Positions 19,859 through 29,700 of a stretch of DNA of 64,000 nt are shown here, one piece after another (position 1 is the first letter of the stretch; the number at the start of each line of letters is the position of its first letter). This DNA comes from Candidatus Poribacteria bacterium. Lineage in GTDB: Bacteria > Poribacteria > WGA-4E > PCPOR2b. The notes under the pieces are model-generated. The model was not told the DNA's origin and made no database searches. It saw only the letters and a program-made list of their open reading frames with translations. A program made the position numbers and the translations under genes. The DNA is taken from positions 3,200,001 through 3,264,000 of the forward strand of contig OZ244042.1 in assembly GCA_965215015.1 (NCBI GenBank), written 5' to 3'.

Positions 19859-19993
19859 TAAGTCGTTACTGGCTTCTAATAAAACGCAAAGCCGCACCCC
19901 CCTCAGTCCCCCCGCAAGCGTTGGGGAATTTGCAAGCAGGGGGTAAGGGGTGTGACTTTGCGTTAAATTCAGAGAAAAGCCAATAACTACTCA
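19859..19993. repeat. Long palindromic MITE-like element carrying CCCCGCAAGC.GGGG hairpins
   Basis: TAAGTCGTTACTGGCTT / AAGCCAATAACTACTCA and AACGCAAAGCCGCACCCC / GGGGTGTGACTTTGCGTT arms. Confidence 0.65.
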
Positions 19994-20020
19994 TTGCGTT
20001 ACGTTTTGTGCAATGGACTC

Positions 20021-21472
20021 ATGAACCAATCCCGGTCGGAAAGGACACACGTTGCATTGCAAGGACAAAGACAAGTGACCAAAGACTTACCACGGATTCG
20101 CGTCCGCTCCCGTTTCTCAGAAACAGGGGTACAAAAGCAAGAAATCAGATACTTACCAGCATTCAATATGCGGTATAATGTGCGTCGAACCGTACATCGG
20201 GGATGGAACGTACGGGCATTGACTATCACTCTCATATTGCATTTGATTGTGGCGTTTTTTGTGATGCAGTCGATCCAAGAGCACATCGTAGAATACGACG
20301 GTATCTACATAGAGTGGGTTGAATTGCCGCCCCAATCTCGTACATTGATAAAAACTCGCCAGGTTCAACGGGTCAAAGTCCGTAACGACACTGCCTCTCG
20401 AGCAAAGGTAGTGGTACCGGTACTGTCAGCAACTAATACCCAAGAACTGCCTACGCTAAAGGTTGCAGAATTGGATATGCAGATACGTGGGGACACAGAA
20501 AGACGCCTCCCCGATTCCCCCAAAGAGCCCAGAATCGATAGGGGGAGTTATACCCGGTCTGGTCATGGAAGAAATGCGAGGGATTCGATCATTGGAGAGG
20601 CCTACGGAGAAAATGACGAGAGCACCTCCTCAAGATCAGATTTAGCACTTGCCCCAGATGAGGCACTTGAGTTGGCGGATGAAAACCTAGTCCCTGAAGA
20701 TCGCTTGGGAGCAGTCCTAGAGGGAGAAGGTATCGAGATTCGTGGACATATTCGCCTGATTCGACTTAAGCACTCCCTTTCCGACTGGTGGCAAGATCCA
20801 AGCGCGATACCGAGTTTTGCAAAGTGGCTCGAAGAGAACACTGAGCTCCGCGCCGACATGAATTATGCGGGAGGTGCGCTTCGGATGACTGATCCACGCA
20901 TTCTTAATGCTCCGATGGTTATCATGACGGGGCACGACAAGGACATGACTGTTGGACGCAATCTTGCCACACCGGATCGCAAAGATGCACCATTGGCGGC
21001 ACATTTTTCCTCAGAAGAACGCGCAGCACTGCGGAAGTATATCGTTGAACGAGGCGGGATGCTATTTTTCGATGACTGTGGGTTCAACGGCTTGTTCGCC
21101 GCAACGGTTGCTAATGAGTTATACAGAATCTTTCCTGAATATCCACTGAAGAGCCTGATGCACACCCATAAAATCTATAGTATCTACTATGATCTCCCCC
21201 GACCGCCGACAGGTGGTGATGTTTTCTGGAGATCTGAAAACCATCCCAAACCGTCACAGTTCAAATACCAAAAAGGTATCACTATTAACAATCGGCTTGG
21301 GGTTGTCTATAATCGCAAAGACTATTTGTGTGCAATGGAGACGGTGGAGATTCAAAGCCGCACTATGTTGCGGATGCGTCGCTCGAAAGATGTCCATCGC
21401 TTTATGACAAACTTACTGATTTATACGATGAAGTACGGAGGGAATACGGATCGATCGGGGTATAGACCGTAG
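20021..21472 (+). CDS. DUF4159 domain membrane-anchored protein
   Basis: One TM helix, TonB-like linker, then DWWQDPSAI, MTGH, ERAALRKY, GGMLFFDDCG, THKIYSIYY; start codon uncertain. Confidence 0.75.
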   Translation: MNQSRSERTHVALQGQRQVTKDLPRIRVRSRFSETGVQKQEIRYLPAFNMRYNVRRTVHRGWNVRALTITLILHLIVAFFVMQSIQEHIVEYDGIYIEWVELPPQSRTLIKTRQVQRVKVRNDTASRAKVVVPVLSATNTQELPTLKVAELDMQIRGDTERRLPDSPKEPRIDRGSYTRSGHGRNARDSIIGEAYGENDESTSSRSDLALAPDEALELADENLVPEDRLGAVLEGEGIEIRGHIRLIRLKHSLSDWWQDPSAIPSFAKWLEENTELRADMNYAGGALRMTDPRILNAPMVIMTGHDKDMTVGRNLATPDRKDAPLAAHFSSEERAALRKYIVERGGMLFFDDCGFNGLFAATVANELYRIFPEYPLKSLMHTHKIYSIYYDLPRPPTGGDVFWRSENHPKPSQFKYQKGITINNRLGVVYNRKDYLCAMETVEIQSRTMLRMRRSKDVHRFMTNLLIYTMKYGGNTDRSGYRP

Positions 21473-21481
21473 GCATTACCG

Positions 21482-21700
21482 CTAAAAGATTTCAACCTCC
21501 AACCCGACCGCGAGCGTTACCAGTGATTTTAGGTGAGTTGGATGCAGTGGGATGCCGCTACGCAAAATATCCTACATAGTGCAGTCACTCGAGCTCACCG
21601 GGGAGATAAATTCGTTCGATGCCTTCAGCGCGTGGAGTGTTGCGGACAGTACGGATTTCAGCATCCACTGCTTCCGTAAAGTGATTGAGGGATAAATTAA
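21482..21700 (-). pseudogene. C-terminal relic of Ldh_2 (AllD/malate-lactate dehydrogenase type 2) oxidoreductase
   Basis: Manual translation FTEAVDAEIRTVRNTPRAEGIERIYLPGELE* then frameshift to LRSGIPLHPTHLKSLVTLAVGLEV. Confidence 0.65.
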
Positions 21701-21792
21701 GAAACGGAGCAACCCCTTTCAACAGGTGTTATCTAAACGCGCCATCTACTTCTCCATAACACCAAATCTCATTTAGCAAAGGAGAATTAGGT

Positions 21793-22212
21793 ATGGTTAG
21801 ATTGGTTATAATTGTCGCCATTGCTATCGTCATTGTTACTACTGGTCTAATTATTTTTATAATATCTTGGAGCGAGGATTCCTCGCGAATATCTCAGGAG
21901 GGGGAGCCTGCTCCAATAGGTCCGGGCAGGGCAACACCTGTAACTGTACCTATCTCTATTAACGCTATACCATGGGCAAGAGTTTTCATAAAGCTACCTG
22001 AAAACGGTTATTTCATGGAGCCACGGGCACGAGATTTCACAATACCCCCTGAACCCTACGGAAGAAATTCTAACATTACTCCGATACCAGGCGATCTGAA
22101 AGTCCCGATTGGGACAGCAATCAAGTTAATGTATCGTGGGAAAGAAAAAATCTTCTCTTACGAGGCATGGAAAGATGAAAAGGCAATTTCACACGATTTT
22201 TTAAATCAATGA
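21793..22212 (+). CDS. Membrane-anchored hypothetical protein (PEGA-like beta domain)
   Basis: AAGGAG SD, N-terminal TM, INAIPWARVFI and NITP motifs. Confidence 0.7.
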   Translation: MVRLVIIVAIAIVIVTTGLIIFIISWSEDSSRISQEGEPAPIGPGRATPVTVPISINAIPWARVFIKLPENGYFMEPRARDFTIPPEPYGRNSNITPIPGDLKVPIGTAIKLMYRGKEKIFSYEAWKDEKAISHDFLNQ

Positions 22213-22252
22213 TGGTATTTAAGAGCGTACTTCTGTAAAAGGATACAATTTT

Positions 22253-24940
22253 ATGCAACGTCAGCAAAAATTATTACTGAGTTTTATAGTTGGGGGACTT
22301 ATGCTGTTCTACGGAATAGCTGTGGCAGCTGCCCTGACTCCCCAAGAGATTGCTAAAATCGCTTTAGGTTCTACGGTACACCTGTATATCATAAATACTG
22401 AGGGCGGGAGCATTGGTCGTGGTAGCGGATTTTTCGTTGGCTCCAACCGGGTTGCAACTAACTATCACGTTATCGAACCTATCTTAAATGAGGGTGCACT
22501 CGGAGGCGCGAAGTTGGTTGGAAAGGACGAAATATACGCCATTGAGGATATCGTTAGCTCTGATAAGGAGAAAGATCTGGCAATAATAAAAGTCAGAGAC
22601 GTAAAAGGTACAGGGATCGACGTACCTGCGCTCCCCCTTGGTGACAGTGATGCGGTTCAAATTGGTGAGCAGATCTATGTGGCGGGCAATCCACAGGGAT
22701 TGGAAGGTACATTCTCGAATGGTATTATCAGTGCAATTCGACCAGTAGTTCGAGGCAAAATACTCCAGATGACAGCCCCGATTTCGCCGGGGAGCAGTGG
22801 CGGTCCCGTCCTAAACGAAAGCGGTGAAGTCATTGGTATCTCTGTCAGTTCTCGTGGAGATGCACAAAATCTCAATTTCGCTATTCCCGTAAATGATCTC
22901 AAGCGACTGGCTAATATACCAATCACTCCGACCCCCGTTAAGCCGACACCCGTCAAACCCAAGGTCGGATCTCCGCCTATCAAGCCAAAACCGGTCAAAC
23001 CCAAGGTCAATCCACCACTTGTCGAACCGAAACCGGTCAAGCCCCAAGGCGATCCATCACCCGTCAAACCGAAACCGGTTAAACCTCCAAAGGATCCACC
23101 AAAGCTGGAGCCACCGAAACCCCGTGCCCGTCATGACGGGCTTAAAAAAGGAATCAAATTATATGAACAGGCAAAATACAATGAGGCAATCAAAGTCTTA
23201 AGCTCAACCATACGAGAGCTTGAAGATTCGGAACAGCAAGCACTAGCCTATCTTTACTTAGGCTGCTCAAAACGGGGATCCGGTGAAGGCTATGACAAAG
23301 TGAGAGAGCAATTCCGAGAATCAATTCGCCACAATCCAAATCAAAAATTGCCGCCAAGGGTAGGGAAAGATCACCCAATTTTTGCTGAGGTGCTCGACGA
23401 AGTACGCAAAGAATTAACAGGTGAATTGACCGTAATCTCTTTGCTACCCCAAACGGAGATCTGGATTTATGGCACGGGAACTGATAGGAAACTGTTAGGC
23501 ACTGGAATCGTCAGCAGCAGGTTACTTAGGGGCAACTATATTGTAGAAGGCATTTATGGAGAGAAATCCCAAAGGAAAACGATTGCAATCGAACCCAATC
23601 GCCCTGAGGTACTATATCTTGAGATACCACCCATTGTGGAGCATGATTCTCCTTCAAGAATATCCGTCGGCGAAAGAATCCCACTTACATTGAATCTAAT
23701 CAGCTCTAAAGGTCCCCAACAGGTTACGATCAACTACAAGACCTATGATAGAGACGGCAATGAATTAGAACAGAACAATCAAGATATGCGTTTGTGGGAT
23801 CAGCAATCCGAATCATCGACGTGGATCTACAAGGTGGGTTTACCTTCACAAAAATACGTTGGTTCGATTGGGTACTACATTGAGGTCGTATATGAGAACC
23901 GTTTGATGTTTAGGCAGCCGGCCACCCAAAACCGTCATTATCAAATCTCTATTTTTGATGATAAGCCTCCAAGTATTGATCTACTAAATCCACCTGAACG
24001 TGCCCAATTCAGAGTCAATCAACAAACCACCGTCAGAGCAGAGGTGATAGATAACAGCGTTGTAGAGGAAGTTCGTATTTATTTTTTAGCACCCAATGAC
24101 CAAATCCAAAAACTGTTCAAAGAAGGATCCTCGGATATGTACATTAAAAATATTACATTCACGCAAGCTGGATCCGTAGAGTATTATTTAACCGCAACTG
24201 ATGAAGCGGGAAACGAAAGCCAATCGGAATCGAGACATATAGACATTAGACTGGAAGCGGTTCCGCAAAAACCAGTGGAAGAGCCGCAAGAAGATAAAGA
24301 AACTCTTGAAGATGAAGAGTGGGTTACTCCAATTGAACCGGGTACCCCTGGAAAGCCCGGTGCAGGGGGGCCGCCTCCTTTTCCTCTAGTCAAACCGGTC
24401 TCCCCAAATATATCAAGGAATCTGGTATATCAAGGAATCTGGGCAAGTGTCGCTGCTAACGACGCTTCTACTTCTGATTGGGATGGGGGTAATATGTTCA
24501 GGCTCGCTTACCTACGTGAGGGTAAAACGCATCCAACGCTAGGTGCACGACTAGATTTGTCTCATCCAGATCGAACGAACTTGAGTGCAATTGTTCAGTG
24601 GGGGCCCACTTTAGAAAATAGCAATATTGGATTGACGTTTCTGGGTGGCATTGCAGAGTACGAGAATTTTTTTGCTAAAGGCCCCGCGGCGAGATCAGCT
24701 CACGTGACACCTATTCTTGGTGCAGGTTTGAAGTTCTATCCGCATGAAAAAATTGTAATTGATGCCACAAGTTCAATTAAATTACGGTCAGATTATGACA
24801 CGACAGATCTCTATCACTATGAAATAGGAGCCCGTGTTTACATAATCCGCGAATTGAATCTGAGGATTGGATATGGCAAATTGTACTTAGGCAATCGAAA
24901 CTTCACCACTATGCAGGTTGGACTTGGATATACCTTTTGA
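22253..24940 (+). CDS. Secreted trypsin-like (S1C) serine protease with Pro/Lys linker, TPR, Ig-like domains and a C-terminal beta-barrel-like domain
   Basis: Signal peptide; triad TNYHV / DLAII / PGSSGGP; PVKP repeats; ends in alternating strands ...MQVGLGYTF. Confidence 0.85.
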   Translation: MQRQQKLLLSFIVGGLMLFYGIAVAAALTPQEIAKIALGSTVHLYIINTEGGSIGRGSGFFVGSNRVATNYHVIEPILNEGALGGAKLVGKDEIYAIEDIVSSDKEKDLAIIKVRDVKGTGIDVPALPLGDSDAVQIGEQIYVAGNPQGLEGTFSNGIISAIRPVVRGKILQMTAPISPGSSGGPVLNESGEVIGISVSSRGDAQNLNFAIPVNDLKRLANIPITPTPVKPTPVKPKVGSPPIKPKPVKPKVNPPLVEPKPVKPQGDPSPVKPKPVKPPKDPPKLEPPKPRARHDGLKKGIKLYEQAKYNEAIKVLSSTIRELEDSEQQALAYLYLGCSKRGSGEGYDKVREQFRESIRHNPNQKLPPRVGKDHPIFAEVLDEVRKELTGELTVISLLPQTEIWIYGTGTDRKLLGTGIVSSRLLRGNYIVEGIYGEKSQRKTIAIEPNRPEVLYLEIPPIVEHDSPSRISVGERIPLTLNLISSKGPQQVTINYKTYDRDGNELEQNNQDMRLWDQQSESSTWIYKVGLPSQKYVGSIGYYIEVVYENRLMFRQPATQNRHYQISIFDDKPPSIDLLNPPERAQFRVNQQTTVRAEVIDNSVVEEVRIYFLAPNDQIQKLFKEGSSDMYIKNITFTQAGSVEYYLTATDEAGNESQSESRHIDIRLEAVPQKPVEEPQEDKETLEDEEWVTPIEPGTPGKPGAGGPPPFPLVKPVSPNISRNLVYQGIWASVAANDASTSDWDGGNMFRLAYLREGKTHPTLGARLDLSHPDRTNLSAIVQWGPTLENSNIGLTFLGGIAEYENFFAKGPAARSAHVTPILGAGLKFYPHEKIVIDATSSIKLRSDYDTTDLYHYEIGARVYIIRELNLRIGYGKLYLGNRNFTTMQVGLGYTF

Positions 24941-24984
24941 ATTACCCTACCAAGGGCACCCCTTGGGGTTACCGCTACAGACCC

Positions 24985-25088
24985 AAGCCACCCCCTAACC
25001 CCCCCGCAAGCAGGGGGAAGAGAACCGAGTGGGTATTCGGGATTAGAGGGGGCTGCCCAAAATGCTGTCAAGTGTCAACAGAACCTGG
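24985..25088. repeat. Partial copy of the CTAG-MITE family overlapping the purB stop
   Basis: Shares CCCGCAAGCAGGGGGA...GTGGGTATTCGGGATTAGAGGGGG...TGTCAACAGAACCT with 13100-13223. Confidence 0.75.
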
Positions 25089-26484
25089 TCAAGATGTGCT
25101 GCACTCGTTTTTCCCATTCGTCACAGGTCGCATGTGTTCGCTGCACGGAGGTGCCAATGTATTTCTTTGGGTCACGGAGGGCTTCTTGTTGTATGGGAGT
25201 CAGATTTTCGAGGAACGGCTGCAGTGTCTCATCCGTCCATAGGAGGTCCGTCAACTGTTGTCCTGTCTGATGCACTTGAGCGACAAGTTTGCGGGTGTGG
25301 TCGTAAGCATCAGGGAATCCGTAATATGCCATTAAAAGATAGATCGGTTCAGCCACTGTGTCGCCGGCACTCTCTTCAAGATTGCGTTGCATGTTACCCA
25401 CCTTCACATCCATCTCCCCTAACGCGCGAATTAAACGATAAATCGAATAATCAAACGCCGTAAAAAGTTCCGTCAGGAAGCGGCTCGACGCGGAGTTAGT
25501 AAGATCGCGTTGATGCTCCAGAATCTGATCCATAAACACCGTCGTCATGCGCGGCACAAATGCTTTCCAGAGCCCCTTCACTGTCTCAAACGTTTCGGGA
25601 TTGATCTTGTGTGGCATCGTTGATGAGCCAACCAACTGGGGATCGTACTGCTTGCTGATCTCGGCGATTTCTGTGCGATAGAGATGGCGGATGTCATCTG
25701 CAAAGTTTGCGAGGATGGTGTACGCAGAGGTAATTGCATAGGCAAGGTCAGTGATAAACTCGGGCTCAACGCACTGCGTCGAAGTGTGTGTATCCGATGG
25801 CCTCAATCCTAGTTCCGCGAGTAGGGCCGCCTCCAGCTGCTCTGGTTGCGCCACAATGAGCGAAAGTCCATTGAACGCTCCCACTGCACCTGAGAATTGT
25901 CCGCGTAGATTTTGGCTTGCCCGTTCTATCAGTTCAATCCGATTCCCGATTCGACTGACGTAAAGTGCGATGGCGTAACCAAAGGTAATCGGTTCTGCAT
26001 GTTGACCATGCGTCCGTCCAATCTGCACCGTTTCTGCGTGTTCCCGCGCAAGGTCTATGAGCTTATTCTCAAGTTCAATGAGGTCCGGAAGAACCACCTT
26101 CTGCGTCAGGTCTTTGAAGCGTAACGCTGTAGCGGTATCAAGAATGTCCGCTGACGTTGCGAACAGGTGAACATACGGACGCGCTTCAGGAGAAATCTTC
26201 CGTCGAATCACATTTACAAGCGAACGGATGTTGTGTCGAATGCGTGACTGTTCTTCGTACACCTCTGCCGCTGTAATTTCTTCGGATGCCCGTTCAACTT
26301 CATCTGCAATCTCATGGGAGCAGATGTCGTGCTTGGCAAGTGTTCGCACCAATGCAGCCTCGACTTTAGCTTGATATTTGACGTAGGCGGCTTCCGAGAC
26401 GTAGGGCAGTAGTTTTTTCATAACGGCTTCACTGCCCCCGTAGTATCTGAAATCAAGTGGACTAACCGCTTCGTAAAGTTCCAT
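25075..26484 (-). CDS. purB: Adenylosuccinate lyase
   Basis: SPLDFRY, HLFATSADI, GRTHGQHAEP, GAVG, GSSTMPHKINP, HQRDLTNS. Confidence 0.92.
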   Translation of the reverse strand: MELYEAVSPLDFRYYGGSEAVMKKLLPYVSEAAYVKYQAKVEAALVRTLAKHDICSHEIADEVERASEEITAAEVYEEQSRIRHNIRSLVNVIRRKISPEARPYVHLFATSADILDTATALRFKDLTQKVVLPDLIELENKLIDLAREHAETVQIGRTHGQHAEPITFGYAIALYVSRIGNRIELIERASQNLRGQFSGAVGAFNGLSLIVAQPEQLEAALLAELGLRPSDTHTSTQCVEPEFITDLAYAITSAYTILANFADDIRHLYRTEIAEISKQYDPQLVGSSTMPHKINPETFETVKGLWKAFVPRMTTVFMDQILEHQRDLTNSASSRFLTELFTAFDYSIYRLIRALGEMDVKVGNMQRNLEESAGDTVAEPIYLLMAYYGFPDAYDHTRKLVAQVHQTGQQLTDLLWTDETLQPFLENLTPIQQEALRDPKKYIGTSVQRTHATCDEWEKRVQHILTRFC

Positions 26485-26703
26485 AATAGTATGTGTCTCC
26501 CTTTGCCAATTTTTGCTATAATATGTTAAATTATACCACTTGGTTAAGTGGATGTAAATCCTGATCGAATCAGGAAACGAATCTTTTTCTACCTATAATA
26601 GGTAAGTTCTTTCGGTGGGAAATATCGCACTCCAATTTTTCGCAGATTAACAGGGAAATATGCAATTAAGGCAGTAGGCATACTCCGTATGTCGTTAATT
26701 AGT

Positions 26704-29700
26704 ATGCAAGGAAAGATTTTTGTGAACGAAAAATTTGATAGAACTTCACGTCGGCTTTGGTGGATAATTCCGACTTTGCTACAGACCTTATTACTGCTTT
26801 CCCTATCAACAGCCATCGGCCCATGGAACGCGTTTTCCCTCCCAAGCTCCGACAGCTCGCAATTCACGCCCGGGGAGCTTCTGATTCGCGTGACGCCCAA
26901 AGCGCACGCTGAATTGGAACGCCTTCATGCCAAAGCACCGTTACAAAAACTCCACAATCAGATGGGAGTTCGGTCGGTCTACCGTCTCTTTCCGCACATC
27001 GCCCACTCGGAATCCAACCCAAACCTTGAACGCATCTATCTACTGCGCTTCCAGATCCCCGCCGATCTACATACCCTCAAAGCGGCCTACGCTGCACACT
27101 CGTTGATTGAGGCAGTCGAATTCAATTACATTCGCCAGACACAGGCTTCCGAAATTATCCCTAACGATCCACTCTATGAGGAACAGTGGAGTCTATCGCT
27201 AATCGATATGCCGGAGGCGTGGGCAATTGAGAAGGGCGATCCGGAAGTCATAATCGCAATTGTGGACACAGGCTTCGATTATACCCACGAAGATCTTGCC
27301 TCACAAACCTGGATCAACGTTGGCGAAATCCCCGACAACGGAGTTGACGACGACAATAATGGGTACATCGACGATGTACACGGTTGGGATTTTTCGGAGC
27401 CATCAAATAGCAATGGAAGCAAAGGTTCCCAAAATGGCGATAATGATCCAATTGACGAATCGGGACATGGGACACATGTCGCTGGAATCGTGGGGGCGAC
27501 GGTAGATAACGATGTAGGGATTGCTGGTATCGCGTGGAATTGCACATTGATGCCGATTCGAGGTGCCGGCGTAGCGGGAATACGAGACGATCGTTCAGCA
27601 GCTGCGATTATTTATGCCGTGGACAACGGTGCACGGGTTATCAACATGAGTTGGGGCGGCCATGAGCGTTCCTTTGTGCTTCGTGATGCTGTGGATTACG
27701 CTTACGCGAGGGGAGTCCTCATGGTCGCCGCAGCGGGAAACGCGTCTGAAGATGAGTCCATTTTCCCTGCCGGCTATCGCAAGGTGATTTCTGTTGCCAC
27801 AACTCAGCAACACAAGCAGAGGTTTTACCAATCCAATTTTGGTGCATCTATTGACATCGGTGCACCGGGCAATGTGATTTTAAGTACACATATCAATAAT
27901 CGATATCGCCCCCTCTCTGGCACATCAATGGCAACTGCACATGTATCCGGGGTTGCTGCGCTGATTATATCGAAGCGTCCCAGTCTGACGCATGAGGAGG
28001 TCCGGCAGATTCTACTTTCGACCACCGACCCAATTACGGAAAGCCCGGAACTCGTTGATGCGGGCAATCTGAACGCAGCGCGGGCTTTGATGGCGAGTGG
28101 CTCCTTACAAGCCCGCATTCTTTCACCAGAAACTCACACCGGCGGCTCAAACCAGATCGAAATTGTTGGCACCGCCGGCGGATTCAAATTTGATAGATGG
28201 CAGTTATTGTACGGTCTATCAACTGTCCCAACAGTGTTTCAACCCATCAATGCACCTTCTCAGCGACAGAAGACCAACGAGACCCTGCTCTTCTGGGAAA
28301 CCTCCGCCATAGCAGAAGGCATCTACACTGTTCGCCTTGAAGTCAGTGACATCGAAGGAAAAGTTCTGCGGGACGAGGTTGTCGTCTCCGTAGACCGAAC
28401 GCCGCCTCAAGTGCGGAATGTAAGGGTGCAGAATCAGATGACAAAGGGCAACTATGCCACCGTCGTCTCTTGGTCAACGGATGATTTCACAATCAATACA
28501 TTGAGCCAACGTGCTCGTGAAGCCACTGCTCCGTTTAGACCAATCGAGGAGAATTCTGCAAGCAGGGAACATTTCTTTTCACTCTCGCTTGATACAGGCA
28601 GTTACGATTTATTCATCACCTCTCGTAACGATGCGGGCTTGGAATCAGTAGACGACAACGACGGAAAATTTTATCGTGCGGAGATTATCAGCGGATCTGT
28701 TTCGCCAAACGGATTTATCGGAACCTCAACCACACTCCCTCCAATGCACCTAGGCGGTGTCACTGCGGATTTCGATCGGGATGGCCTGCTTGAAATTGTC
28801 GGACTGCCAATCACGGCCGACGCTGCTGCTGGAATCCAAATCCATGAACGGACTAGTGCCGGCGTTTATCAACTTCGACATACTGGTGTAATCAATTCTA
28901 AGCCATTTGCTTTTGACGATACCGATGGCGACGGACTGTTAGAGATATTGTCCGGCACGAAGGAACAGCTCTTCCTTGTCGAAAGCGTGACACAAAACGG
29001 CTATCCGGAAAAGATTATTTGGGAAACCCCTTATCTCTCATCAGGACAGATTGCAGATTTAGATGGCGATGGCAGGCAAGAGATTGTCGGGGCAGACAAT
29101 GCTAACGACAGTATCCGCATCTTTGAAAACCGCGGGAACGATAGCTATGATGAGGTGCTCGTCATCAAGAATGAGACAGCGGGTTCCAACGTTTTCGGAG
29201 AACAGTTCGCAATCGGCGATTTCGATGCGAACGGGATCCCGGAGTTAATCGTAGGAGATAGCGAGGGCGAACTCTTCATCTACGAATCCGTTGGGGACAA
29301 TCTGCTGGCTGAAACGTGGCGGATGAAAATTGATGTCGAAAACGCTTATCAACTTGCGGCAGGCGATCTCACTGGAGATGGCATTCCTGAGTTCGTCATC
29401 GGGGGAACCGTATTGGAAGAAGATTTGCCTTCGATGTTGCCGCGTTGGCAATATCATGTATTCACCGCTTTCCCGCCTGCTGGCACTACCCTCCAAACCG
29501 GGGGTAGTCACGTTTCGCGCTATCAATCAATATGGTCACAGGTAATCGCTCCGTTCCACTTGAAAGGAAACAGTGTCGCAATCGGCGATGTTGACGGTGA
29601 CTCACACAATGAACTGGTGATACTTGCAAATCCAAGCGTTTATGTGTTCAAATGGAGGAATGGTTTAAATGGGGATCAGGTCCCGTCAAGCTTCGTCCCA

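Noticed and set aside
21540-21675. 6S-RNA-like long hairpin
   Set aside because: The apparent stems are better explained by a minus-strand Ldh_2 coding relic covering the same bases.
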